Virus record (IMG/VR): IMGVR_UViG_3300042507_005574
Length of the DNA: 64,000 nucleotides
Origin: a virus
Reading direction: 5' to 3' (one strand)
The notes under the pieces were generated by a model, which was not told the DNA's origin, searched no databases, and was given only the letters and a program-made list of their open reading frames with translations. Shown one piece after another: positions 1 to 10,357 of this stretch. The position numbers were made by a program, and so were the translations under genes. Each line of letters starts with the position of its first letter. Position 1 is the stretch's first letter.

Positions 1-2
1 TC

Positions 3-863
3 ATCGATGGTAAGACTGTTCGTATTAATGCAAAGAACATTACCGTAAGAGCAAAGTTTCTAGACTATGTGAAAACATCACAGGTATCCTATCGTGATTA
101 CACTATAAAAGATGGTGATCGTCCTGATACACTTTCTTATCGTTTATATGGAAGATCGGATTTACATTGGGTTATATTGATCTTCAATGAAATACTGAAT
201 CCCTTTTTTGATTGGCCTTTAACATCCGGTGACTTGAACCGAATGATTAAAAACAATTACAAAGGAAAAGCGATATTCATCAACTCAAAGGTAGCAAAAT
301 TCGGAAATAGGTTTGGAATTCTGGAAGCAGCAAATGAACAATTATGGTATGAGGTCGGACAGAGAGTAACACAAACTAGAGGCTCGTCTATTGTACACGG
401 AACTGTAAAAAGTTGGGATCCTAATTTATACAAAATTGTTTTGGACTCTGATACTATAACTGGATCCTTTTCTATAACTCCAAATATCACAAATTTTAAC
501 TCCGAAATTTTGGATTTAACTCACAATAGAACTGATGGTCTAAGCATATATGCTTCTGTTGGAAAAGTAGTCGAAGATAATATTTACTCTGTGCATCATT
601 TTGTTGACACAAACACAGGTGATATTGTTGATCATCATGCACTCATATCCACTTCAGATGGGAGTATTGTAAATTCTAGCATCATGGACAGATATGCAGT
701 TTATGGGAACGAAGTTATACCGTTGGCGAATAGAAACATCGTTTCGGTGTCGAATTATCAGTATGAGACAGAAAAAAATGATTCCCTTCGAAACATCAAG
801 ATAGTTCGACCTGAAATTATTGACTCTGTTATCAAAGACATGAGGAGTTTGTTAAGTGATTAA
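3..863 (+). CDS. gp53: Baseplate wedge protein gp53-like (5'-truncated by window edge)
   Basis: YTIKDGDRPDTLSYRLYG..LHWVILIFN..NPFFDWP and VSNYQYE..ND..RNIKI motifs typical of gp53; the frame stays open to the window start, so the GTG at 69 is probably not the true start. Confidence 0.85.
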   Translation: MDGKTVRINAKNITVRAKFLDYVKTSQVSYRDYTIKDGDRPDTLSYRLYGRSDLHWVILIFNEILNPFFDWPLTSGDLNRMIKNNYKGKAIFINSKVAKFGNRFGILEAANEQLWYEVGQRVTQTRGSSIVHGTVKSWDPNLYKIVLDSDTITGSFSITPNITNFNSEILDLTHNRTDGLSIYASVGKVVEDNIYSVHHFVDTNTGDIVDHHALISTSDGSIVNSSIMDRYAVYGNEVIPLANRNIVSVSNYQYETEKNDSLRNIKIVRPEIIDSVIKDMRSLLSD

Positions 864-2169
864 ATCAACTGATAAATTTTACACGGCAGGAGATGTTGTA
901 GTTGATGAAATTCGTCTTGTGTCTTACTCAGGACTTGAAGTCGATTTGAGAAAGATTGTTGGAGACTTTTCAATCACAGAAGACATGTTTTCAAACTCTC
1001 TATCAGGATCACTAGTGATAGCCGATTCGATGAATTTGGTTAAAAACCTCCCAATAATAGGTGATGAAGACTTGTATATTTCTTTCTACACTCCTGGCGT
1101 AGACAGCAAACCAAGAAAAGTTCGATTCAAAATCTATAAAGTCTCATCATATATTCGTGGACAGGGGGCTGCAAATGTACTCATTCGTGTTGAGTTTATG
1201 TGTCCCGCATTAGTATTATCGAACAGGACTAGGCTGCGTAAAGTTTTTAGAAATCTCCCCGTGAACGAAATGGTTAAAACTATTTACTCTGAGATGCGAG
1301 ATAAGGAAAAACAAAGGAATTTAGATCTTCCCGAACTTTTAACAGACGAAACATTCGGATCAACTACAGTTTTGATTCCAAATTGGTCTCCTTTTTATAC
1401 CATAAATTGGCTTGCAAATAGAGGAGTATCAGAGTCGAATACGCAAATTGCGGACTATGTTTTTTATCAAGATCTTGATAAGTATAACTTTGTTCCCATT
1501 TCCAAACTGAAAAAATTAAGTCCCATTTGCACATATAAAAACGCACCTGGTGGATTTAGGTCGGCTAGTGGTGATCGGATGTTGGAGTCGGAACTTCGTA
1601 ATATTATAGACTACTCTGTACGAGATTTAGGAGATAAAGTTGATGAGACAACTATGGGAGTTTATGCATCAAATATGCTTGTACATGAAGTAAACACAAA
1701 ATCATACTTCATGTACAATTACACTTATAAAGATGCCTTTGACAACGCTCCTAGTTTAAATAAAGGTAGAATGTTGCCATATTACAGTCCAATTCAAAAA
1801 TCATTTGATGCTCATGTTAAGTATTATGATAAGTCTTATTTTCAGTTCAGTAATCATGAAGACGCATCTGGAATTGATAGATTTTTGAACAGACAATCTC
1901 AGATGCATCAGATGAATTCTATGACCATGGTTTTAAATGTATATGGGGATACAACTATAAGAGTGGGTAATGTAATCAGACTTGAGTTTTTTACGCAAGA
2001 ATATAGTAAATACAGAGATGATTTTTTGGATGAATATTTGACTGCTAATTATATGATTACTGCAATAGTACATAATGTAACAGATGGGGTTCATACTATG
2101 AAAATGACTGTCGCAAGAGACAGTTATGGTAGTGAATTACCGGATATTAAAGAGAAAGTTATAAGATGA
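856..2169 (+). CDS. Baseplate hub protein (gp27-like / phage late control D family)
   Basis: EDMFSNSLSGSLVIADS, PNWSPF..INWL and GDTTIRVG..IRL..YMITAIVH motifs; located between gp53 and gp5. Confidence 0.7.
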   Translation: MIKSTDKFYTAGDVVVDEIRLVSYSGLEVDLRKIVGDFSITEDMFSNSLSGSLVIADSMNLVKNLPIIGDEDLYISFYTPGVDSKPRKVRFKIYKVSSYIRGQGAANVLIRVEFMCPALVLSNRTRLRKVFRNLPVNEMVKTIYSEMRDKEKQRNLDLPELLTDETFGSTTVLIPNWSPFYTINWLANRGVSESNTQIADYVFYQDLDKYNFVPISKLKKLSPICTYKNAPGGFRSASGDRMLESELRNIIDYSVRDLGDKVDETTMGVYASNMLVHEVNTKSYFMYNYTYKDAFDNAPSLNKGRMLPYYSPIQKSFDAHVKYYDKSYFQFSNHEDASGIDRFLNRQSQMHQMNSMTMVLNVYGDTTIRVGNVIRLEFFTQEYSKYRDDFLDEYLTANYMITAIVHNVTDGVHTMKMTVARDSYGSELPDIKEKVIR

Positions 2170-3335
2170 GATTAAGACCCGATTTCATAGGACTGAATGG
2201 ATTTCTTTGGTGGCATGGTGTTGTCGAGGACATAGAAGATCCCGAAAAAATGGGCAGACTTCGTGTTAGAGTGTTAGGTTGGCACACCGATGACAAGACA
2301 TCTGTTGGAATCCCAACAGAGGATCTTCCGTGGGCGACAGTGCTTATGCCTATCACCACATCTTCTATGACAGGATTAGGAAGATCACCAACAGGAATTC
2401 TACCGGGATCTTGGGTAATCGGGTTTTTCTTGGACGGAGAAGCAGCACAGCAACCATTTGTGCTTGGTTCTTATGGTGGAATTCAGAAACCCGATATTGC
2501 TCTAGGTTTAACAGCAGTTGCTGGACTTGATCAAGTTCCATACAACGATTTCAAAATTAAACCCAAATCACTTCAAAATAGAATCATGAATAATAAAGTG
2601 GGATTTAGAGATCCATCAGGATTTTACCCAATAGAAGGGAGAATGGGAGAACCAGACACAAATCGTCTTGTAAGAAACGAGAACATAGATTGGACGGTCG
2701 TTAAAAAAAAGAGAGATGAGGTATTGGATTGTGATACTGCTCTTTATGGATATTGGCAGGAACCATACACCCCATATGCGGCCAAGTATCCATATAATCA
2801 TGTCGTAGAATCTCAGTCCGGTCACATTTTCGAAGTGGATGATACAACGGGTGCCGAAAGAATTCACACATATCATAGATCGGGAACATTCGATGAGATC
2901 CATCCAAATGGCAGTCAAGTTCATAAAGTTGTTGGGAATGAATGGAACATTACTTTAAATGATAGACTTATTTTAGTTCGTGGTAATGCATCATGGAACA
3001 CAGATAGGTTGATGAAGATTCGTGTTGGTAAAGATCTAGGTAAAAACGGGCATTTTGAGATTGAAGTCGAGGGGGATATGAGAGTCCTTGTTAAAGGCAA
3101 CACCATCATGGAAACTCAAGGTAACTTCCTCCACAAGGTCAAAGGCAAATACACAACATCAAGCGAAGGGAATATGTTGTTCGTTGCTCCAAGAATAGAT
3201 TTAAATCCAAATGGATCATCAGCGCAAAAAATACAAACTTTTCTGACTAAACTGAGAGGAACTATTAGGAAAGTAGTTCGTGATACTATTGATGTTGTTA
3301 GGTTTAACGGAGCCATGAATAGGCGTAGGAATTAA
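2166..3335 (+). CDS. gp5: Baseplate central spike gp5 (OB-fold plus beta-helix, no lysozyme domain seen)
   Basis: WWHGVVEDIEDPEKMGRLRVRVLGWH, LPWA, GSWVIGFFLDG..QQPFVLG, YPYNHV.ES.SGHIFEVDDT.GAERIH. Confidence 0.92.
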   Translation: MRLRPDFIGLNGFLWWHGVVEDIEDPEKMGRLRVRVLGWHTDDKTSVGIPTEDLPWATVLMPITTSSMTGLGRSPTGILPGSWVIGFFLDGEAAQQPFVLGSYGGIQKPDIALGLTAVAGLDQVPYNDFKIKPKSLQNRIMNNKVGFRDPSGFYPIEGRMGEPDTNRLVRNENIDWTVVKKKRDEVLDCDTALYGYWQEPYTPYAAKYPYNHVVESQSGHIFEVDDTTGAERIHTYHRSGTFDEIHPNGSQVHKVVGNEWNITLNDRLILVRGNASWNTDRLMKIRVGKDLGKNGHFEIEVEGDMRVLVKGNTIMETQGNFLHKVKGKYTTSSEGNMLFVAPRIDLNPNGSSAQKIQTFLTKLRGTIRKVVRDTIDVVRFNGAMNRRRN

Positions 3336-3336
3336 T

Positions 3337-3921
3337 ATGCTAGGACCAAGACCATTTAAAAGACTTCTTCCTAAATCAAAAGACACGAAACCTCCTGTCT
3401 TAAGCGTTGATAATATATCAGCAGAATTTTTTGGTCTTGGTGAGTCGCCTACACTAGATCTACCATCTACTTTAGACCAATCTTTAGTGAATGAGCAATT
3501 ACTCGACAATCCGTCTTTGGTGATTGAAAACACCGTATCTATATTTCCGAATAATGAATTTTTGAGTGATGTTGCTGTGGGCATACCGATACCGAATCAG
3601 ACTGATAGTAGTGCATTTGGTGGTGGTATTGGCACACAAAATTCAGAACAGCGACAGACATTTAATCAGACCTCATTAGATCGTCAAGAGAGTGTAGTTC
3701 TTATGCAAAACACTCTTTTATCGCCGCTTGTAGTTACGGGAAATATAGTATTTCAGGAACTTGGAACTAAGTTGAAATATTCAAAGGAACAGTCTAACAA
3801 GTTGAACGAAATACTTTCCACACAATTTCAATTGTTAAATTTAGATACTCAGGTCGTAGTTGATCCTCCAACATTTTTGTCTCCAGATCCACCATTTGTT
3901 TTAGATGGGGGTGAATTCTAA
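3337..3921 (+). CDS. Hypothetical protein in baseplate module
   Basis: 194-aa ORF tightly packed between gp5 and the next gene; ends in LDGGEF. Confidence 0.6.
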   Translation: MLGPRPFKRLLPKSKDTKPPVLSVDNISAEFFGLGESPTLDLPSTLDQSLVNEQLLDNPSLVIENTVSIFPNNEFLSDVAVGIPIPNQTDSSAFGGGIGTQNSEQRQTFNQTSLDRQESVVLMQNTLLSPLVVTGNIVFQELGTKLKYSKEQSNKLNEILSTQFQLLNLDTQVVVDPPTFLSPDPPFVLDGGEF

Positions 3922-3923
3922 TT

Positions 3924-4619
3924 ATGCCGATGACGCATAGCGGCCAATATCCGATAGAATACTATTACCCTGGATTAGGTATCGGTCCCAACTACAATCC
4001 CATTGGATTTGGTCCAACATCGGAAAACTGTAGATTTACATGGACCGATTCAGGTAGAACATTTGGAAGAAAACCAATCTATGAAAAACAATTTGTCGGT
4101 CAATGTATAGACATTAGTGTTGAGGCGAACTACACAAGATGTGTTGATTCTGTTCTAAATGGGACATATGATCCGCCATTTGCCGGAGCAGATGAGATTC
4201 CCGCTCAATGTTGCCCAACTGCTAGTGGACCAATAAAATATGCAGTTATAGGTGGAGAGTTTCCGCCGAGTTTAGTTTTGGACATAGACACAGGAAAGAT
4301 GTTCGGCCAAATAGATTCTTTACAAGAAATATCCCCCAACAGATTTGGATATTTCGATAAGACAGATTTTAGTAATGTCGATTATCTAGATGGATCGATA
4401 GGTGGCGGAAAGATATTTTTTACGATTAGGGCTTTTGATTCTGGAAATACATCTGATTTCTCTGACAAGGAATTCACATTTCATGTTAGAACAAATTGGG
4501 CTTTGCGAAGAGATAGGATGCTACTAAATATAAACAATCAATCTTATTTGGATGACATGAAAAAACAAGGATTCTTTACAGGTCCAGGATGCGACGAATA
4601 CGAAGACGATATTTTCTGA
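3924..4619 (+). CDS. Putative virion protein with Ig-like (He_PIG-type) segment
   Basis: YAVIGGEFPPSLVLDIDTGKMFG...FTIRAFD...KEFTFHV pattern. Confidence 0.55.
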   Translation: MPMTHSGQYPIEYYYPGLGIGPNYNPIGFGPTSENCRFTWTDSGRTFGRKPIYEKQFVGQCIDISVEANYTRCVDSVLNGTYDPPFAGADEIPAQCCPTASGPIKYAVIGGEFPPSLVLDIDTGKMFGQIDSLQEISPNRFGYFDKTDFSNVDYLDGSIGGGKIFFTIRAFDSGNTSDFSDKEFTFHVRTNWALRRDRMLLNINNQSYLDDMKKQGFFTGPGCDEYEDDIF

Positions 4620-4628
4620 AAGGTTATA

Positions 4629-4913
4629 ATGCCCCCAGTTCACAGATTAAGAGACATATGCACAGGACATGGATGCTATCCACCAAGACCGAATAGGTCT
4701 GCGTCTGCAAATGTCATTGTAAACAGTCGTGGATGGCATCGTAAAGGCGACTCATGGAAAGTCCATTGTTGCGGGGGGTGTCACAGTAGTGTAACTTGTA
4801 AAGGATCATCGACTGTATTTGTTAATAGTAGACAAGCGGTTCGGATCGGGGATCCTGTTTGTTGTGGCTCTGCCACAGCAACGGGATCAGAAAATGTATT
4901 TTGTGGAGACTGA
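4629..4913 (+). CDS. PAAR spike-tip protein (gp5.4-like)
   Basis: DICTGHGCYPP, GSSTVFVNSRQAVRIGDPVCCGS..TGSENVF. Confidence 0.92.
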   Translation: MPPVHRLRDICTGHGCYPPRPNRSASANVIVNSRGWHRKGDSWKVHCCGGCHSSVTCKGSSTVFVNSRQAVRIGDPVCCGSATATGSENVFCGD

Positions 4914-4915
4914 TC

Positions 4916-5308
4916 ATGGCAGAAATTAACGAAAATGCAGCAGATCTTGATATAAATTTTGCAAGAAATTTTTTCACAAATGATGTCACTAGATTTACAG
5001 GTGACGCAGCAATACGCCGAGCACTTAAGAATTTGGTTCTCCTTAAATCAAATGAGAAGCCATTTCATCCAGAAATTAATTCTGGTATAGCAGATCTTCT
5101 TTTTGAGAACACCTCCCCCATAATTGTTCAGGAAATCAAAAAACGAGTCGAAAAGGTCATAAGAACATACGAACCTAGAGTTAGTAGAACTATGATAAAA
5201 TTGCAATATGATATAGACAGAAGTGAAGTCAAAATAAGCATAATGTATACAATAAAAAACATCAAAAAAGTCTTTGACACCACGATAACATTACAGAGGA
5301 CAAGATAA
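4916..5308 (+). CDS. gp25: Baseplate wedge gp25 (start reassigned to ATG 4916)
   Basis: DLDINF, AIRRALKNLV...EKPFHPEI.SGI..LLFEN, YEPRV; GGAG upstream of 4916. Confidence 0.9.
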   Translation: MAEINENAADLDINFARNFFTNDVTRFTGDAAIRRALKNLVLLKSNEKPFHPEINSGIADLLFENTSPIIVQEIKKRVEKVIRTYEPRVSRTMIKLQYDIDRSEVKISIMYTIKNIKKVFDTTITLQRTR

Positions 5309-7242
5309 TGTCAGATACAAAAATCAATGATTTAGATTTTGACAGCATCAAGTCTAGTCTAAGAGACTACTTGAGAGGACAAGAGCAGTTCAAAGATTAT
5401 GACTTCGAAGGGTCTACTTTAAACATTCTTTTAGACCTTCTAGCGTATAATACGCATTATCAGGGATTCTATGCAAATATGGTTGCAAATGAAGCGTTCC
5501 TAGACTCTGCAATAGTGAGAAACTCTGTGGTGTCTTTAGCGAAACATTTGAACTATAGACCTAGATCAAAGAAAGCAGCCAGAGCAGTTGTAAATATTGA
5601 AATGATTCCAATTAACAGTGCTAGGGGTGGAGTTCCTGCATCTGCAACTGTGGCAGCCAACAAAGAGTATCTTCCTCCGGGAAAATCTTTCAGTGCTAGA
5701 GATGCGTTAGGTAAAACTGTAAACTTTGTTAACCTAGAGAATTACAGGTTCTCGGTTGTTGGTGGAAGATTTTTCATCAATAACGCTATTTTATATGAGG
5801 GTAATATACAGACATCTTCATTTGTAGTGAATGTAAAAGATGTTAATCAAAAGTTCATAATTGATGACGATGATATCGATATTGATACTCTATTTGTAAA
5901 AGTTCAAAGATCAGTTAGAGATACGACAGGCATAGAGGATGTTTGGTTTAGAGCGTTAGATGTTAATAAACTTGATGGAAATTCATTGGCATTTTTTGTA
6001 CAGGAGGCAGAGGGAGGCAAATGGGAAATATATTTTGGTGATGGGATAGTTGGTAAAAATGTTGAAAATGGAAACTTGATATCAATAATTTATTTGCGAA
6101 CTAATGGAACTCTCGGAAATGGAATAGGCAACACAGATACCGAGCAGAACAGAACATTTACAACAACAAATACAGATACATCACAGTACATAGTTTCAGT
6201 AGTCCGTGATGAAAATGGTAGACCATCTCCATCATTTGGTGGTTCTGAGCCAGAATCCATCAATTCAATCAAGTATTACGCTCCAAGAAACTATCAAGCA
6301 CAAGATCGTGCGGTCACATCCACGGACTATCTCGTTTTACTTGCCAAAGAATATTCACTTAGATCAGAATCATTTTTAGTTTGGGGTGGTGAGGAAAATG
6401 ATCCCCCGAATTACGGTAAGGTCTTTATTTCAGTCAAACCAAAGAATTCATCTAAGTTGTCTATAACTGAAAAACAAGCGATATCAAAAAGTATTTTGAG
6501 TCCTTTGAATGTTCTTACGGTTAAACCTGAGGTTGTAGATGCGGATGTAACATACATCAATCCCTCCGTAACAGTTTACTATGATCCGAGATTGACAACA
6601 TCTTCAGCAGACAGTTTATCACAGGGAATAAGAGATAAGATAATAACATTTGGTGATATTAATTTAGACCAGTTTGGAAAAAATTTCAGACAGTCAAAGT
6701 TTAGTTCTTACATTGATGGGCTTGATGCATCTTTTAATAGCAGTAGCATTTCTTTACTTCTTGAAAAAAGGTTTGAGGTAAAATTCGGGCAGGCTCTTCC
6801 CTATAAAATTAAGTATGACAACAAACTGTTTCATCCAATTGATGGGTATCCTCCAATTATTAGTTCATCTGGATTTTTTCATTTAGATTTAACCGCCACA
6901 TCATTAATTAAACCTACCGTAGTTGCATATTTTGATGACGATGGTTATGGAAATATTAGAATTTATAAGTTGATAGGTAGTGAAAGAGTATACTTAAAAA
7001 GAAAAGCCGGAACTGTCAATTATGAAACCGGTTTAATTGAGATTAAATCATTTACACCGTTAGGTATTCCTGATGGTACTGTTGAAATTAATATATTAGC
7101 CAAACCCGATAAGGGGGATATCTTTGTAAGAAGAAATCAAGTTCTAGTAATTAATACTGACAAGATAGATATTACAATGGTTCAGGAGAAATCGGTTATT
7201 GATAGAAAGGCAAGTGACACAGGATTCCCTTTCCTGACTTGA
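5308..7242 (+). CDS. gp6: Baseplate wedge gp6
   Basis: LDFDSIKSSL, FKDYDFEGS.LNILLDLLAYNTHY, EIYFGDG, QDRAVT..DY, WGGEENDPP.YGKVFIS. Confidence 0.95.
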   Translation: MSDTKINDLDFDSIKSSLRDYLRGQEQFKDYDFEGSTLNILLDLLAYNTHYQGFYANMVANEAFLDSAIVRNSVVSLAKHLNYRPRSKKAARAVVNIEMIPINSARGGVPASATVAANKEYLPPGKSFSARDALGKTVNFVNLENYRFSVVGGRFFINNAILYEGNIQTSSFVVNVKDVNQKFIIDDDDIDIDTLFVKVQRSVRDTTGIEDVWFRALDVNKLDGNSLAFFVQEAEGGKWEIYFGDGIVGKNVENGNLISIIYLRTNGTLGNGIGNTDTEQNRTFTTTNTDTSQYIVSVVRDENGRPSPSFGGSEPESINSIKYYAPRNYQAQDRAVTSTDYLVLLAKEYSLRSESFLVWGGEENDPPNYGKVFISVKPKNSSKLSITEKQAISKSILSPLNVLTVKPEVVDADVTYINPSVTVYYDPRLTTSSADSLSQGIRDKIITFGDINLDQFGKNFRQSKFSSYIDGLDASFNSSSISLLLEKRFEVKFGQALPYKIKYDNKLFHPIDGYPPIISSSGFFHLDLTATSLIKPTVVAYFDDDGYGNIRIYKLIGSERVYLKRKAGTVNYETGLIEIKSFTPLGIPDGTVEINILAKPDKGDIFVRRNQVLVINTDKIDITMVQEKSVIDRKASDTGFPFLT

Positions 7243-7248
7243 TAGAAG

Positions 7249-9435
7249 ATGTACGAAGATAAGTCTAAACAAATTTCTAATCTTGTAGCGGGAAGACTTC
7301 CTGAATTTGTTAGGGTCGATCATCCAACATTAGTTGCATTTCTTGAAACATATTATGAGTGGTTGCAAAAAAAAGAACGGGGCAAGCAAATTGTTAGCCC
7401 GATGCTTTTACAGGATATAATTGATGTAGATAAAAGTTTGGATGATTTTATCAGTCAATTCAAGAAAGAATATTTGTTCGATTTTCCCGAGCAGTTGGCT
7501 GTATCTAAAGAAACTGGAAATCCAGTTGATATCAGAAAACTAATTAAAAACATTAAATCATTTTATAGAGCAAAAGGTACAGAAAAGTCATACGAATTTT
7601 TGTTTAGAATTTTGTATGACACAGCAGTTGAATTTTATTATCCAAAGACCGATATTCTTCGGGTTTCTGATGGTAAGTGGTTACAGAAAACATCTATTAA
7701 AGTAACCAATACATTGAATGATCGTATATTTGAATCTATTGGTAGGATCATCTATCAGAAAAACGAATTAGGTCAGATAGTATCATCGGGGAAAGTCATT
7801 GATGTTTCGCTTTATCGTGAGGGGCAGAATGATGTCGCTGAATTAATAATTTCAGGCCGCAACGGCTCATTTACTCCTGGAAGCAAGGGTATAGATTTTA
7901 AAACTGAAAATGGAGAAACACTACATGAACTTAGAGTTTATGATGTGGTTGCATCTGTAACTATTTCGAACGGTGGATCTAACTACTCAGTTGGAGACAA
8001 AGTCTTTTTTACTTCTGCCGCAGGAGACAGCGGCGTTGGCGCACGGGGTTCTGTCTCACTTGTCGATGCCACAGGAAAAATTAGACGAATCAAAATTGAA
8101 AATTTTGGTATCAATTATCTCATCTCTCCAACAGTAAATGTGCAGTCTATTAGTGGTACGGGATTCGTTGGGGTTGCAAATACAGGAGCAATTTGTGAAT
8201 ATGAAGGGTACTACATAAATACTGATGGAAGAGTTAGTACCAATAAAGTCTTACAAGACAATCATTATTATCAAGATTATTCGTATGTTTTAAAAGCAGA
8301 AATTGTTATTGACGAATATCGTGAGTCAATCAGAAGACTTGTTCACCCTGCTGGTATGGCAATGTTTGGACAGGTTCTTATCAAACGCTGCGCCCGTGAA
8401 GATCTAGATCAATCATCCGCTTTAATTAAATTTGAAGTTCCTGTGATTGGTCACTACACACCGTACACATTCAATACATTTGACAACTTACCTGACTGGT
8501 TTTCTATTCCAGGAACAGGAGCATCATCGGGATATAATGTTCATGTTGGATACAATCCCGCCAAACACGACTCTTTAATACAAGCAATTGGTCTTTCGCC
8601 CGTTCCAAGACAAATCGGAAACCCAATAGCAAATATCATACCATTTGTTGAGGCTACAGGACCATCTTTTACTCCACTTGGTCTTACCGGTTACAAAACT
8701 GCCGATCCATTCTGGATCATTTATGAACATCCAAATAGGAAGATAAGCGACATAGTCATTGCACAAGTTTGGAAAAATCAAATAGATGATTTCACACAAT
8801 GGCCTGAGTGGACCACTATAACGGGTGGCTCTCCTCCTGTAGGTTGGACTGCGGATTTTTATGGTGCATCGGGAACCTCTGCTGTTAACAAGAAATATGC
8901 TCTACTGAAATATAACGAATTATCTGCTTTTAGAAAAATAACTGCAAGAGCATTTTTTAATATGCCGATTGGTAATGAATTTGATTGCAGAACAGAGGAT
9001 AGGATTAGATATGCGAAACCGATTGTTTCGTTGATATATCCACTAAACACACAAAGAGTTTTTACTCCTGGCAGATGTGAATTTAATGCTGGAATTTTGA
9101 TTAGTAACTATGAAAATTTACCTAGATTTGGTGTTACTTCAGCAAGTAAAATAAGATTCACACTTTCAGGGTCAAAGAATGAAGTTAAAGTTATCAACAT
9201 AAATGATAGAAACTGTTTGTTCCAGAATTTGACAGATGGTCCTTATTCATTGAAGGTTGAAGTTACCGATAGTAATGGGAAGGGAATACAAGGAATATCA
9301 GATACGGTGGTATTTGAGTTTTATTGTAGTGAACCAGTTTCACTTGGCGGTAGTGGCGGATCTGAGGATGCGGAAATTGACAGAATTATTTCTAGTATAT
9401 CTGGACAAGCACAAGATCCGCTCGGGTTCATTTAA
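7249..9435 (+). CDS. gp7: Baseplate wedge protein, gp7-like
   Basis: LPEFVR.DHP..V.FLE.YYEW, KSFYRAKGTEKSYEFLFRILY, LQDNHYYQDYSYV, LVHPAG..MFG; synteny gp6-X-gp8. Confidence 0.75.
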   Translation: MYEDKSKQISNLVAGRLPEFVRVDHPTLVAFLETYYEWLQKKERGKQIVSPMLLQDIIDVDKSLDDFISQFKKEYLFDFPEQLAVSKETGNPVDIRKLIKNIKSFYRAKGTEKSYEFLFRILYDTAVEFYYPKTDILRVSDGKWLQKTSIKVTNTLNDRIFESIGRIIYQKNELGQIVSSGKVIDVSLYREGQNDVAELIISGRNGSFTPGSKGIDFKTENGETLHELRVYDVVASVTISNGGSNYSVGDKVFFTSAAGDSGVGARGSVSLVDATGKIRRIKIENFGINYLISPTVNVQSISGTGFVGVANTGAICEYEGYYINTDGRVSTNKVLQDNHYYQDYSYVLKAEIVIDEYRESIRRLVHPAGMAMFGQVLIKRCAREDLDQSSALIKFEVPVIGHYTPYTFNTFDNLPDWFSIPGTGASSGYNVHVGYNPAKHDSLIQAIGLSPVPRQIGNPIANIIPFVEATGPSFTPLGLTGYKTADPFWIIYEHPNRKISDIVIAQVWKNQIDDFTQWPEWTTITGGSPPVGWTADFYGASGTSAVNKKYALLKYNELSAFRKITARAFFNMPIGNEFDCRTEDRIRYAKPIVSLIYPLNTQRVFTPGRCEFNAGILISNYENLPRFGVTSASKIRFTLSGSKNEVKVININDRNCLFQNLTDGPYSLKVEVTDSNGKGIQGISDTVVFEFYCSEPVSLGGSGGSEDAEIDRIISSISGQAQDPLGFI

Positions 9436-9446
9436 AGGAACACCAA

Positions 9447-10286
9447 ATGGCTGAAATAAATGCATCATATATTAAAAGACAAATAGCCAAATTGGCATAT
9501 CAAGATCCAAGGGGAGATGGATTTGAAAGGGTATTTCCAGATATACCTGTTGATCCTGGTGTAAACCAAGACTGTTGCGCCACAGACGGGGGAACAAATC
9601 CGATGGATATGCCCTGCGCTGGAATGTTTGTTTATATTTGGACTACACTCGTACCCGCATGTCTAAGAGAACAAAAAATAGTGGATGATCCTGCACCATT
9701 CCTACAGAACGATAGTGTTCAAGCATTTCAATTTTTACTTGCAGAGATGCAAAACTACTTAATCAAAAATCCGTCTTGGAGACCAGAAGATTTAAGTTTG
9801 TCTCCCGAAGATTTTGACCGTTATAATGATGCAAACGACGATTTTCCTGTAACAATCCCTCCACACCTATATTTGGGGGACTGGGACTGTGAAATTGATA
9901 TTTGGAAAATTATACCATACAGCGATACAAATTTCGACTGGCCACGGGACGAGACTGGAGAACCAATTGGGCCAAATCTGCCAGGCGACCGTGCCAACAG
10001 AAAAATTAAACTACAGGAAATACTTCAGTGTTTTCGTAGATTTTATGCATCAGTTTTGGCGCAACAGGGCGAACACACTTTAAATTGGGATCTCAACAAT
10101 CCATGTTGTTCTATTGCAAATTTGAATAAAATGATGACCATAATGAGACTTTTTGCTTGCCTCAGCACCATAACAGAGGGGAATATTCCTCACGCCGCCG
10201 GTGGAACTCGTATTATTTCAGATAAACTTAGACAAAAAATGATAAAATGTATAAATTGCATCGATAAGAAGTGTCAATTAGCGTAA
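9447..10286 (+). CDS. Cys/Pro/Asp-rich hypothetical protein
   Basis: 279-aa ORF with AAGGA RBS; several CC and CxxC motifs. Confidence 0.7.
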   Translation: MAEINASYIKRQIAKLAYQDPRGDGFERVFPDIPVDPGVNQDCCATDGGTNPMDMPCAGMFVYIWTTLVPACLREQKIVDDPAPFLQNDSVQAFQFLLAEMQNYLIKNPSWRPEDLSLSPEDFDRYNDANDDFPVTIPPHLYLGDWDCEIDIWKIIPYSDTNFDWPRDETGEPIGPNLPGDRANRKIKLQEILQCFRRFYASVLAQQGEHTLNWDLNNPCCSIANLNKMMTIMRLFACLSTITEGNIPHAAGGTRIISDKLRQKMIKCINCIDKKCQLA

Positions 10287-10341
10287 CTCTAAACAAATAC
10301 TCGTACCAATAACAATCAAAGTTTTAACTCAAATTTGCTTT

Positions 10342-10348
10342 CTAAATA
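10342..10348 (+). promoter_or_regulatory. T4-type late promoter motif CTAAATA
   Basis: Intergenic, 9 nt upstream of the gp8 ATG; motif recurs before many structural genes. Confidence 0.7.
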
Positions 10349-10357
10349 GGAATAGCC

